This document shows, piece after piece, positions 30,879 to 39,734 of a DNA stretch of 64,000 nt. The stretch is taken from NCBI GenBank assembly GCA_049322915.1, contig JBMOPW010000013.1:62111-126110 (forward strand), given 5' to 3'. Source of the stretch: Candidatus Zhuqueibacterota bacterium. Its GTDB lineage: Bacteria > Zhuqueibacterota > Zhuqueibacteria > Thermofontimicrobiales > Thermofontimicrobiaceae. The notes beneath the pieces are model-generated. The model did not search any database. It was not told where the DNA came from and saw nothing but the letters and a program-made list of their open reading frames with translations. A program made the translations under genes and the position numbers. Positions within the stretch are counted from its first letter, which is position 1. Every line of letters begins with the position of its first letter.

Positions 30879-31991
30879 TCATTCCCCTGCCTCGTCGAGC
30901 GGCAGCAGAATCGTGAATCGCGTGCCTTTGCCTTCGGCGCTGGTCACTTCTATTTTTCCTTTGTGGTATTCAATAATGTCTTTTACAATGGGCAGTCCCA
31001 GACCGGTGCCCTGAATTTCCATGCCCGGCCGATCGACGCGGTAAAATTTCTGAAAAATCCTGGACAGGTCTTTTTCCGGAATTCCCAGGCCGTGATCTTC
31101 CACTTCCAGCGCCGCATATTCGCCATTACGGGTCAGAGCGATTTTCACAAAGCCATTGACCTGCGAAAATTTCACGGCATTGCTGACCAGGTTCAGCAGC
31201 GCCCGTTTTATGGCATCGCGATCGGCGGTAATTGTGGGGACATGGTTTTCAATGGTATATTCGAACGTGATCCCCCTGGCGTCGCACTGAATTTTCTGAG
31301 TATCGTACACCTCTTTGACAATCTGGTCAAGCTGAATGGGCTTGGGAGTATAGGCCACGGTCCGCGATTCGATTCGGGAAATACTCAGCACATTTTCAAT
31401 CAGATTGGATAGACGGAGACTTTCATCATGAATAATTTTGAGGAACTCGTTTCTGATGTCCTCGCCCATCTCTTTGTCGCGCAGGATGGTGCTGGAAAAA
31501 CCGAGAATGGACGCCAGCGGCGTTCTCAACTCGTGGGACACGCTGGACACGAAATCGGATTTCAGGCGGCTATTCTCCAGCAGCGATTCCTCGTATTCCC
31601 TCCGTTTGATATTCACATTGACCCGGGCCAATACCTCTTCCGGCAAAAATGGCTTTGTCACGTAATCCATACCGCCAGCTTCGAAGGCTTTCAACTTGCT
31701 GTTGGAGTCCGTCAACGCCGTAATGAACAAGACCGGAATATCTCTGGTGCTCTCATCGCTCTTGAGCTGTTCGCACACTTCAAAGCCGCTCATCTCCGGC
31801 ATCATGATGTCCAGCAGGATCAGATCGATTTTTTTCTTCCGGACAAATTCAATCGCTTCTTTTCCGCTTTTCGAAAGCACCACTTTATAGCCGTTTCGCT
31901 TCAGCAAACTCCCCAATACCTGGAGGTTCGTCGGCGTATCGTCCACAATCAGAATGAGCGATTGGTTATTTGGAGCTTGTGATATTTCCAT
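30879..31991 (-). CDS. Hybrid receiver-histidine kinase (REC-HisKA-HATPase)
   Basis: LIVDD-LDIMMP; SHELRTPL; NLVSNAVKF; DHGLGI; GTGLGL. Confidence 0.92.
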   Translation of the reverse strand: MEISQAPNNQSLILIVDDTPTNLQVLGSLLKRNGYKVVLSKSGKEAIEFVRKKKIDLILLDIMMPEMSGFEVCEQLKSDESTRDIPVLFITALTDSNSKLKAFEAGGMDYVTKPFLPEEVLARVNVNIKRREYEESLLENSRLKSDFVSSVSHELRTPLASILGFSSTILRDKEMGEDIRNEFLKIIHDESLRLSNLIENVLSISRIESRTVAYTPKPIQLDQIVKEVYDTQKIQCDARGITFEYTIENHVPTITADRDAIKRALLNLVSNAVKFSQVNGFVKIALTRNGEYAALEVEDHGLGIPEKDLSRIFQKFYRVDRPGMEIQGTGLGLPIVKDIIEYHKGKIEVTSAEGKGTRFTILLPLDEAGE

Positions 31992-32085
31992 TGGAGCACC
32001 GCATTAAATTCGCATTTCTTCCAATTTGAATTGAGCCTTATCGCTGAGCCGACTGCCAGGGAAACGCCCCCGACGCAGACGCGAC

Positions 32086-35000
32086 TCATGAGGTGGGCAT
32101 CTCCGACCTTTTTCCGGAATGATCGACCGCCTTCAATAACATATCGGTCATTTCCGGGAAGGAATTTAACAATGTTTCGATCTCGGCGATATTAAAATTC
32201 TGGACTGCTTCGTTCAAAATCTGTCCGAACGAGACCAATCCGCTGACCTGAAATTTCTCGCCGGTCTGAATGAGTCGATCCGCGAACAGTTCGACCAGCT
32301 CCATCTCTTTGGCACCTTGCAGGGAATGCCAGTCCGGTAATAACGTCCCCTGAATCGCCTCGGTAAACGCTGAAGCGTCCAGACCGTCGCCCGGGCGCAG
32401 GGATTCCGTGCTCAGTTGAATTTTACCCACCGATGACGGCGCCGGCGCCGCTCGCCGATGTTCCAGGAACTTTGATAATTCAGTGAACAGGCTGATAATA
32501 TTGATCGGCTTGAACAGAAATCCATCAAATCCAAATTCCAATAAATTAATCTCATTGTGCCGGGTGGCCGAGGCGGTCAACGCAACGATTTTCAGATGCC
32601 TGGTCCGGTCATCTTTACGTAGAATTCGCGTGGCTTCGAAACCATCCATGCCGGGCATTTTCAAATCCATCAAGATGATCTCAGGATGAAATTTTTTCGA
32701 GAAGGCAATGGCCTCGTCCGCGGATTTCGCTTCCAATACCTGCAAGCCGGCCAGGGTCAGCCACTCATTCAATAATTTTCGGTTCGAATACACATCATCC
32801 ACAATGAGCACGCACGCTTTTTGGAACGAAATCTGCCGGGGGTCGAGCAGTTCCTTGTCGAAACTGATGGTAGGTACTACCGTTGAAACATCCACTTCCC
32901 GCAGCTTCACCTGAAACACACTCCCCTTACCGACTTCGCTCTGAACCGCGATCTGACCATTCATCATTTCCACCAACCGACGGGTGATGGTGAGCCCCAG
33001 ACCTGTGCCGCCATATTTCCGATTGCTCTGTCCGTTCTGCTGCATGAATGCATCGAAAATTCTCTGCTGCTCGTTTTGCGAAATGCCAATTCCGGTATCG
33101 GCCACAGAAATGATCAATTCGATTTTGCTGCCATCCTGATCGATATTCAGTTTGTGAGCCGTCAATTTGATATATCCCTTTTCCGTGAATTTCACGGCAT
33201 TGCCAACCAGGTTCAACAGCACCTGACGAATCCTCATCTCATCCAGCAGCAGCGAGGCAGGCAACTCCGTGTCAATCTCCGTGATGAATTCCAGCTTCTT
33301 CTCCGAAAACTTCATTTCAAAGACCTGTTTGATTTCATTGAAAATGTAGAAAAGATTGACCGGTTCGTACATCATTTCCAACCTGCCGGCTTCAATTTTT
33401 GACAGGTCTAAAATATCATCAATCAACGTCAGCAGGCTTTTCCCGGCGATTTGAATGGACTGCAGATACCCCTTCTGCTTTTTATCCGTGATGAGTGTGG
33501 CAAGCAATTCGCTGAAGCCGATCACCGCGTTCATCGGTGTGCGTATTTCATGGCTCATATTAGCGAGAAACTCGCTTTTCGCCCGATTGGCTGTCTCCGC
33601 CAATTCCTTGGCTTCCTTCAACTTTTCCTCGGCTTGCTTCCGACCGGAGATGTCGCGCAGGGTGCCGACCAATTTTACCGGGCTGCCGGTTTCACTTTTT
33701 TCCAAACGGCCAGAAAAAGAGCACTGCACCTGATTGCCATCCGCATGCACAAGCACCATTTCATAATCATAAACGCTATCATTCTCCGCAAACAATTCCA
33801 TCAGACGGTAGTGCTGTTCCGGACCTGCGTAGAAATCGAAGATCGTCCGGCCCAGCGCATCCTCCCGATTGTAGCCGCCAACATATTTTACTGAAGGGCT
33901 GACTTCAATAATTCTCCCATCTTCCGCGTTCACTTCGACGTACACATCCTGGATGCTCTCGAAAATATTACGGTATTTCTTCTCTCTCTCTTTCAGCGTC
34001 CGTTCATTTTTGAAAATCACAATCGAATCCGCGAAAATACGTCCCACCATTTCCAACATTTTCAGAGCGTCATCTGACCATTTCTTCTCCTCTCTCACCG
34101 CATCAAAACCGATGAATCCGATGAGATCACTTTTTGTCACTAACGGTACAACCAGGAGGGACTGAATATCCTGGGCCTCCAGGAGGGCTTTCTCGGATGC
34201 CGCATCCGGCGGCATGTCAGCAATACGCGGGATATGAATGGTTTCAAATTTCTGCAATTTAACCATCCACCACGGGAACACGTTAACAGGTAAATCCTGC
34301 AATGAATCGATCTGCGGCTCCACGGTCTCTTCGCACCACTCGTGGGTGTTGGATATTATCTTCTTCTCAAAGTCGACCAGAAAGACATAAACTCGATCCA
34401 CCGCGATAAATCGGCCAATCCGCCCCAGGGCGTGGTTGATCTCTTTATCGATATCATCGAACCGGGCGCTGACGAAGCGCGCTGAAATGGACGCGATCAA
34501 ATTCTCAAAATCGTTACGGTACTGCAACGCCAGTTGCGTCTGCTTCAATTCGGTGATGTCCATATAACTTTCCACAATCACAGGCTCACCATCGAGGATG
34601 ACCGAGACCGCACTCTGGAATACCGGAATTTTTTTACCCGAAGCATGAATGATTTCACGTTCCGAATTCACGACATTCTCCGCCAGGTCGGTGATCGTAC
34701 AGGGTTCAGCCACACCGGGGCAGAATATTTTTTGGCACGAAGCACCGATCGCTTCGCTGCGCGGACGGCTAATGAGTCTCTCTGCGGCCGGGTTCATTTC
34801 CAGAATGACACGACGGGTGGCATCGATGACAAAGACCGCCACAGAAATGGATTTCAAAAGGATCTCCAACCGTTCCTGGCTCACCTTCAATTTTTGCTGG
34901 TTCAACATCCGCTCAGTAATGTCCCGCACGGTTCCCCGCGCAATGAGTTTATCCCCCTGGTTAGCCAACCGGACATCGATTTCCACCGGCACGCGATGGC

Positions 35001-35733
35001 CATCAGCATGGATCAGTTTGGCCTCAAAGCTGTTGAATTGTTTTCGGTGGAATATTTCGGACAGCACCTCGCGGAACTGTGACACATCTTTATCAGGCAC
35101 AAATTTTTCAATATTCGCGCCTATCATCTCCTCCAGCGTATACCCCAAAAGACTCAATGACTGCTGGTTCAAATAGAGCAGCGTGCCGGCCTCATCGACA
35201 AAAAAGATGGTATCCTGCGTGGCTTCAGCAATTAAAATCAATTCATCCTCGCGGGCGCGCGCTGATTCCCTGTCACGGACGGCACAACAGGTCTGAGCGA
35301 ACTTCTGATTGACGGCAACGAGGCCGTCGATGATTTCTGAAGGGAGTGGTTCGGCCTTGCATATTAAAAGAAGAAAGCCAAATTTCGGAAGGTCAAAAAT
35401 ATAGGAATAGGTCCCATCATCGCATTCCTGAATGAGCGGCGATTTCAAATTAGTGGAGCATTTTCCGGAACGACGCACGATGTCGTGAATTTTCTCCTGC
35501 GCGTCCTGCAAGGGCCGATGGGCTGCGCTGTCCGGCGGAATTGACGCGACCTGGTGTAATTCCAGGCTGGTTTCATTGGCGACTAAACACTCTAAAACAG
35601 CCACGGCAAAACAGCCTAATTGATGCTGATACGCATTGACCGTTGCCTGCACAAGGGAAACAAAGTCCTTGTCCAGATCAAAGGAAAGCAACATGTCGTA
35701 AAATAGTTTGATATGTCTGTCTGATTTATTCAT
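32086..35733 (-). CDS. Cytoplasmic PAS-PAS-GAF-PAS hybrid sensor histidine kinase with receiver
   Basis: Three PAS/PAC (DITE/DISG), GAF (NTHEWC-GFIGFD), SHEIRTPMN, N/G boxes and REC (VDD-MDLKMP); no TM. Confidence 0.92.
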   Translation of the reverse strand: MNKSDRHIKLFYDMLLSFDLDKDFVSLVQATVNAYQHQLGCFAVAVLECLVANETSLELHQVASIPPDSAAHRPLQDAQEKIHDIVRRSGKCSTNLKSPLIQECDDGTYSYIFDLPKFGFLLLICKAEPLPSEIIDGLVAVNQKFAQTCCAVRDRESARAREDELILIAEATQDTIFFVDEAGTLLYLNQQSLSLLGYTLEEMIGANIEKFVPDKDVSQFREVLSEIFHRKQFNSFEAKLIHADGHRVPVEIDVRLANQGDKLIARGTVRDITERMLNQQKLKVSQERLEILLKSISVAVFVIDATRRVILEMNPAAERLISRPRSEAIGASCQKIFCPGVAEPCTITDLAENVVNSEREIIHASGKKIPVFQSAVSVILDGEPVIVESYMDITELKQTQLALQYRNDFENLIASISARFVSARFDDIDKEINHALGRIGRFIAVDRVYVFLVDFEKKIISNTHEWCEETVEPQIDSLQDLPVNVFPWWMVKLQKFETIHIPRIADMPPDAASEKALLEAQDIQSLLVVPLVTKSDLIGFIGFDAVREEKKWSDDALKMLEMVGRIFADSIVIFKNERTLKEREKKYRNIFESIQDVYVEVNAEDGRIIEVSPSVKYVGGYNREDALGRTIFDFYAGPEQHYRLMELFAENDSVYDYEMVLVHADGNQVQCSFSGRLEKSETGSPVKLVGTLRDISGRKQAEEKLKEAKELAETANRAKSEFLANMSHEIRTPMNAVIGFSELLATLITDKKQKGYLQSIQIAGKSLLTLIDDILDLSKIEAGRLEMMYEPVNLFYIFNEIKQVFEMKFSEKKLEFITEIDTELPASLLLDEMRIRQVLLNLVGNAVKFTEKGYIKLTAHKLNIDQDGSKIELIISVADTGIGISQNEQQRIFDAFMQQNGQSNRKYGGTGLGLTITRRLVEMMNGQIAVQSEVGKGSVFQVKLREVDVSTVVPTISFDKELLDPRQISFQKACVLIVDDVYSNRKLLNEWLTLAGLQVLEAKSADEAIAFSKKFHPEIILMDLKMPGMDGFEATRILRKDDRTRHLKIVALTASATRHNEINLLEFGFDGFLFKPINIISLFTELSKFLEHRRAAPAPSSVGKIQLSTESLRPGDGLDASAFTEAIQGTLLPDWHSLQGAKEMELVELFADRLIQTGEKFQVSGLVSFGQILNEAVQNFNIAEIETLLNSFPEMTDMLLKAVDHSGKRSEMPTS

Positions 35734-36071
35734 GCCATCTCCATCGCCGCAACCGCTCTGAGTAACAGTGTCCGATCGCGCAGCGCCCCTGACACCAGAC
35801 GCAGATTCAGCCAGAGCGTGATTTGCCCCCCAACCAGCATTTCCTTTTCAGAATGATGAACAGGTGCAACAGCATAGCATCTATCCGATCCTTCATTGCA
35901 ATACCTATATTTTCGACGTATTCAGGCTAAACTTAATGAAGTTAACACAACCGCCGGAAGAATCTTCAGCGGGAAAAGCAGGAACCGGCTTGCGACTTCA
36001 ATGCTTCTCAGAAAACCGAGCCAACGACCACAAGTTCTGAGACGACCTGGTGCTACTGTCAGAATTTTTGC

Positions 36072-36100
36072 TTGACAAAATCATGTTATTTTTTTATATT
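36072..36100 (+). promoter_or_regulatory. Sigma70-type promoter of tRNA-Arg
   Basis: TTGACA-17 nt-TATATT, 16 nt before the tRNA. Confidence 0.75.
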
Positions 36101-36116
36101 AGGCGTCTTTCAAAAC

Positions 36117-36190
<74 letters not shown>

Positions 36191-36196
36191 CATAAG

Positions 36197-36233
36197 AAGC
36201 CTCTAAGCAAAACACGCTTAGGGGCTTTTTTTA
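36197..36233 (+). terminator. Intrinsic terminator after the tRNA; also left copy of a degenerate direct repeat
   Basis: AAGCCTCTAAGC-AAAACAC-GCTTAGGGGCTT followed by a T run. Confidence 0.75.
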
Positions 36234-36514
36234 TTAATTAACATCAAGTTAGGTGTATCGAAAAAATCTTTTAGATTCAACATTCAATTTCCCTTCTTTT
36301 CACCTTTTCCCTCTGACGGTGACACAAAAAGTGACACAGTATGGAATGGACATCGAATGGGTGGAATGAAACATTATATCATAGGGCCGATGGGCCGATA
36401 ATTATTTTATGCTGAAGGAATGTATGCTGCCAGCCAGATTTTTAATTTTACACTTTTACGCAAGTTGACTGGGCTTCCCTGAATATTATTCTTTTAAAAT
36501 TTTTTATTTTTCAC

Positions 36515-36543
36515 TTGCATTTATTGGATGGGTACGTTATATT
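36515..36543 (+). promoter_or_regulatory. Sigma70-type promoter of the rex-hyd operon
   Basis: TTGCAT-17 nt-TATATT with an AT-rich upstream element. Confidence 0.65.
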
Positions 36544-36545
36544 AG

Positions 36546-36580
36546 CTGTGAATATAATAACAGCGTTACAATTATCACAT
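36546..36580. promoter_or_regulatory. Putative tandem Rex operators over the transcription start
   Basis: CTGTGAATATAATAACAG (36546-36563) and weaker GCGTTACAATTATCACAT (36563-36580) versus Rex consensus TTGTGAAnnnnTTCACAA. Confidence 0.6.
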
Positions 36581-36596
36581 CTAACTTACTTTCAGC

Positions 36597-37250
36597 ATGG
36601 ACAAAATTCCTGAAAAAGCTTTAGAGCGGTTAATTCTCTATCGTAGAATTCTCATTAAGTTCAAGCGGGAGAATATCACCCATTTATTCTCGCATCAATT
36701 AGCCAAGCTTGCCGGGGTAACATCAGTGCAGCTTCGCAGGGATCTGATGGCGATTGGATATTCAGGCTCCTCTGTCAGCGGTTACGAAATAAATGAATTG
36801 ATGAACAGTATCGGCGAATTCATCGATGCAGCGGAAAAACAGGAGGTTGCACTGGTAGGTGTTGGGCATTTAGGCCGCGCGATTCTGGATTATTTTCACG
36901 GGAGACGCCCAAAACTTGAAATTACCATTGCTTTCGATAAAGACCCTGCCATTGTAGACAGGGTTTTTCACGGCTGCCGGTGTTATCATACCGATCAACT
37001 ACATCCGATTATTTTTGAAAAAAATATCAAAGTCGCCATCATTTCGGTGCCAGTCGATGAGGCCCAGGAAATTGCTGAGAAGCTCGTTCAGGCCGGGGTT
37101 ACAGGAATTTTGAACTATTCTCCTATCAATCTCCAGCTTCCTTCAGAAATCTATGTGGAAAATCGAGACATGATTATGGCCGTCGAAAAGGTGGCATATT
37201 TTGCACGACAAAAAACAAAAGAAGGACACAATAAAAATGAATTCAGTTGA
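36597..37250 (+). CDS. rex: Redox-sensing transcriptional repressor Rex
   Basis: KIPE-RL-Y, S-QLA-QLRRDL-GY winged helix, VGVGHLGRA Rossmann motif and GILNY. Confidence 0.9.
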   Translation: MDKIPEKALERLILYRRILIKFKRENITHLFSHQLAKLAGVTSVQLRRDLMAIGYSGSSVSGYEINELMNSIGEFIDAAEKQEVALVGVGHLGRAILDYFHGRRPKLEITIAFDKDPAIVDRVFHGCRCYHTDQLHPIIFEKNIKVAIISVPVDEAQEIAEKLVQAGVTGILNYSPINLQLPSEIYVENRDMIMAVEKVAYFARQKTKEGHNKNEFS

Positions 37251-37716
37251 GAATATTTTGCAGAAACATCCCAATGCGAAACGGGATTCACTCATTCCAA
37301 TATTACAAGAAGTCCAGGAAGCCGACGGTTTTTTATCGCGTGAAGCAGTTGCATCCATTGGCAAGCACCTGAATTTACCAGCCAGCAAGATTTACGGCGT
37401 TGCCACCTTTTACAATCAGTTTCGGTTCGAGCCGGTTGGCAAATACCACATTCAGGTGTGTCGGGGAACCGCATGCCATGTCAAAGGTTCCGCCAAAGTA
37501 CTGGAGACAATCACGCGAGAACTTAAAGTTGAAGCCGGCCGCACATCGCGAGACGGATTGTTCAGCATTGAAGTTGTCGCCTGCATTGGCGCGTGCGGCC
37601 TTGCGCCGGTGATAGCCGTTAACGGTGAATTTTATGCAAGCGTTACCCCGGATAAAGTGAAAAGCATTCTTGAATCGTATCACAGAAAGGTAGATGACGA
37701 TGGCCAAAATAGCTGA
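37237..37716 (+). CDS. hydC: [FeFe] hydrogenase NuoE-like [2Fe-2S] subunit (HydC/HndA)
   Basis: LIPILQEVQ, GVATFYNQF, CRGTACHVKG and ACIGACGLAP motifs. Confidence 0.9.
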   Translation: MNSVENILQKHPNAKRDSLIPILQEVQEADGFLSREAVASIGKHLNLPASKIYGVATFYNQFRFEPVGKYHIQVCRGTACHVKGSAKVLETITRELKVEAGRTSRDGLFSIEVVACIGACGLAPVIAVNGEFYASVTPDKVKSILESYHRKVDDDGQNS

Positions 37717-39694
37717 TATAAAATGTTGTGATAAATGCTGGCATAATGTGAACACACCTTGCCCGCAATTGATTGAATGTTTGAAAAACGGGCCGCTTTG
37801 CCACGGCGATGAAAATTGTAAGAACTATCGCCAACATATTTTGCTCACAAGCCAGAGAAAAAAAATTGAAAAACCTGTCATTTATATTGGAACCGGCACT
37901 TGCGGCCTGGGCGCCGGCGCTGGAAAAACATTGATTAAAATAAATGAATATTTGAAGTCGCACAATATCGAAGCGGAAGTCATCGAAGTGGGCTGCATCG
38001 GGCTTTGCGTGGATGAACCAATTGTCGACGTTCAGCTTGACGGGCGCAATCGGATTTCATTCAAATCAATCACCGAGGATAAAGCTGAATCGCTGCTGGA
38101 TGGAATTTTCAATGGTACGGTTCTGAAAGATAATGTAATCGGACAGCATCGAAATGGAAATTCAAGTGCGTGGGACGAGGTTGCTTTTTTGGACGAGCAT
38201 CCATTTTTCGCTCCCCAGACACGCTGGGTTCTCAAGAATTGCGGCATCGTAAATCCGGTGAATATCAACGAATACATCGCTGGCGGCGGTTATAGCGCGC
38301 TTTCGAAAACAGTTCACGACTATACCCCAGGCGAAGTGTGCGACATAATAGAAAAAAGCGGTCTGCGCGGTAGAGGCGGCGGCGGATTCCTCACCGGCAA
38401 AAAATGGAAATTCGCGCTGAACACAGCCTCGGATCAGAAGTACTTCATCTGCAACGCGGACGAAGGCGATCCCGGGGCGTTTATGGATCGGGCTGTCATC
38501 GAAGGCGATCCGTTTCGCCTGCTCGAAGGACTTGCCATTTCCGCGTATGCCATCGGCGCTTCGAAGGCGCACATTTATATTCGCGCCGAATATCCGCTGG
38601 CGATCAAACGGCTCAAGGAAGCAATTCAACAGGCCAAAGATTTTGGATTGATGGGTTTCAATATTCTGGATAGCGGATTCAACCTGGAGATTATCATCAA
38701 AATGGGCGCGGGCGCGTTTGTCTGCGGCGAAGAAACCGCGCTGATTCAAAGCATCGAAGGAAAGCGTGGCATGCCGAGGCCTCGTCCCCCATTCCCGGCT
38801 GTCAGTGGATTGTTCGGCAAGCCTACGGTCATCAACAACGTGGAAACGTTGTCCAACGTCCCGGCCATTGTCGAAAATGGCGCGGACTGGTTCAACGCGG
38901 TGGGAACGGAAAACAGCAAAGGCACCAAAGTTTTTGCCCTGTCCGGCAAAATTGCAAACACAGGCCTTGTCGAGGTCGCTATGGGAACCAAACTAAGGGA
39001 GATAATTTTCGATATTGGCGGCGGCATACCGGATGGCAAAAAATTCAAAGCCGTGCAAATCGGCGGGCCTTCCGGCGGATGTATTCCGGAAAGTCACCTG
39101 GACATTGACATTGACTACGAATCCCTGCAAACAGTCGGCGCCATGATGGGCTCCGGCGGACTTGTGGTGATGGACGAAACCACATGCATGGTGGACGTTG
39201 CAAAATTCTTCATGGATTTTATTCAGCGGGAAAGCTGTGGAAAATGTATCCCCTGCCGCGAAGGAACGCGCCGCATGCTGGAAATTTTAGAGCGCATCAC
39301 CCACGGACGCGGCAGCGAATCCGGCGTGGAAGCGCTGGAGCGATTCAAGGGTGTGATGTATCTGAATCGTTTGGCGGAGGTCATTAAGGATACGAGTTTA
39401 TGCGGGCTTGGCAAGTCAGCGCCGAACCCGATTCTCAGCACGCTTCGGTGGTTTCGCGATGAATACGAGGCTCATATTTACGAGCGCAAATGCCCGGCCG
39501 GCGTGTGCGCCGAATTGCTGAATTACACCATCATTGTGGATAAATGCACCGGCTGCGGGCTGTGCGCCAAAAAATGCCCGGCCGATGCCATCATTGGAAA
39601 CAAGAAAGCCCCTCATTTTATCATTCATGATAAATGCATCGGATGCGGCACTTGCGTGGAAGTGTGCCGATTCGATGCGGTGACGGTCAATTAA
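37700..39694 (+). CDS. hydB: [FeFe] hydrogenase NuoF-like FMN/NADH subunit (HydB/HndC) with N-terminal thioredoxin-like Fe-S domain and C-terminal 2x[4Fe-4S]
   Basis: GLRGRGGGGF, NADEGDPGAFMDR, GAGAFVCGEETAL, GGPSGG, ESCGKCIPCREG and two CxxCxxC motifs. Confidence 0.92.
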   Translation: MAKIADIKCCDKCWHNVNTPCPQLIECLKNGPLCHGDENCKNYRQHILLTSQRKKIEKPVIYIGTGTCGLGAGAGKTLIKINEYLKSHNIEAEVIEVGCIGLCVDEPIVDVQLDGRNRISFKSITEDKAESLLDGIFNGTVLKDNVIGQHRNGNSSAWDEVAFLDEHPFFAPQTRWVLKNCGIVNPVNINEYIAGGGYSALSKTVHDYTPGEVCDIIEKSGLRGRGGGGFLTGKKWKFALNTASDQKYFICNADEGDPGAFMDRAVIEGDPFRLLEGLAISAYAIGASKAHIYIRAEYPLAIKRLKEAIQQAKDFGLMGFNILDSGFNLEIIIKMGAGAFVCGEETALIQSIEGKRGMPRPRPPFPAVSGLFGKPTVINNVETLSNVPAIVENGADWFNAVGTENSKGTKVFALSGKIANTGLVEVAMGTKLREIIFDIGGGIPDGKKFKAVQIGGPSGGCIPESHLDIDIDYESLQTVGAMMGSGGLVVMDETTCMVDVAKFFMDFIQRESCGKCIPCREGTRRMLEILERITHGRGSESGVEALERFKGVMYLNRLAEVIKDTSLCGLGKSAPNPILSTLRWFRDEYEAHIYERKCPAGVCAELLNYTIIVDKCTGCGLCAKKCPADAIIGNKKAPHFIIHDKCIGCGTCVEVCRFDAVTVN

Positions 39695-39734
39695 AATATG
39701 GTTCAATTCGAAATAAATGAAAAAGGAAAGCACG

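Noticed and set aside
32086..32400. Hpt domain at the end of the large hybrid kinase (WHSLQGA)
   Set aside because: Only a partial HxLKG resemblance; cannot be supported without a profile search.
37237..39694. Respiratory complex I nuoE/nuoF
   Set aside because: Adjacent to an H-cluster subunit with no membrane nuo genes; these are hydrogenase diaphorase subunits.
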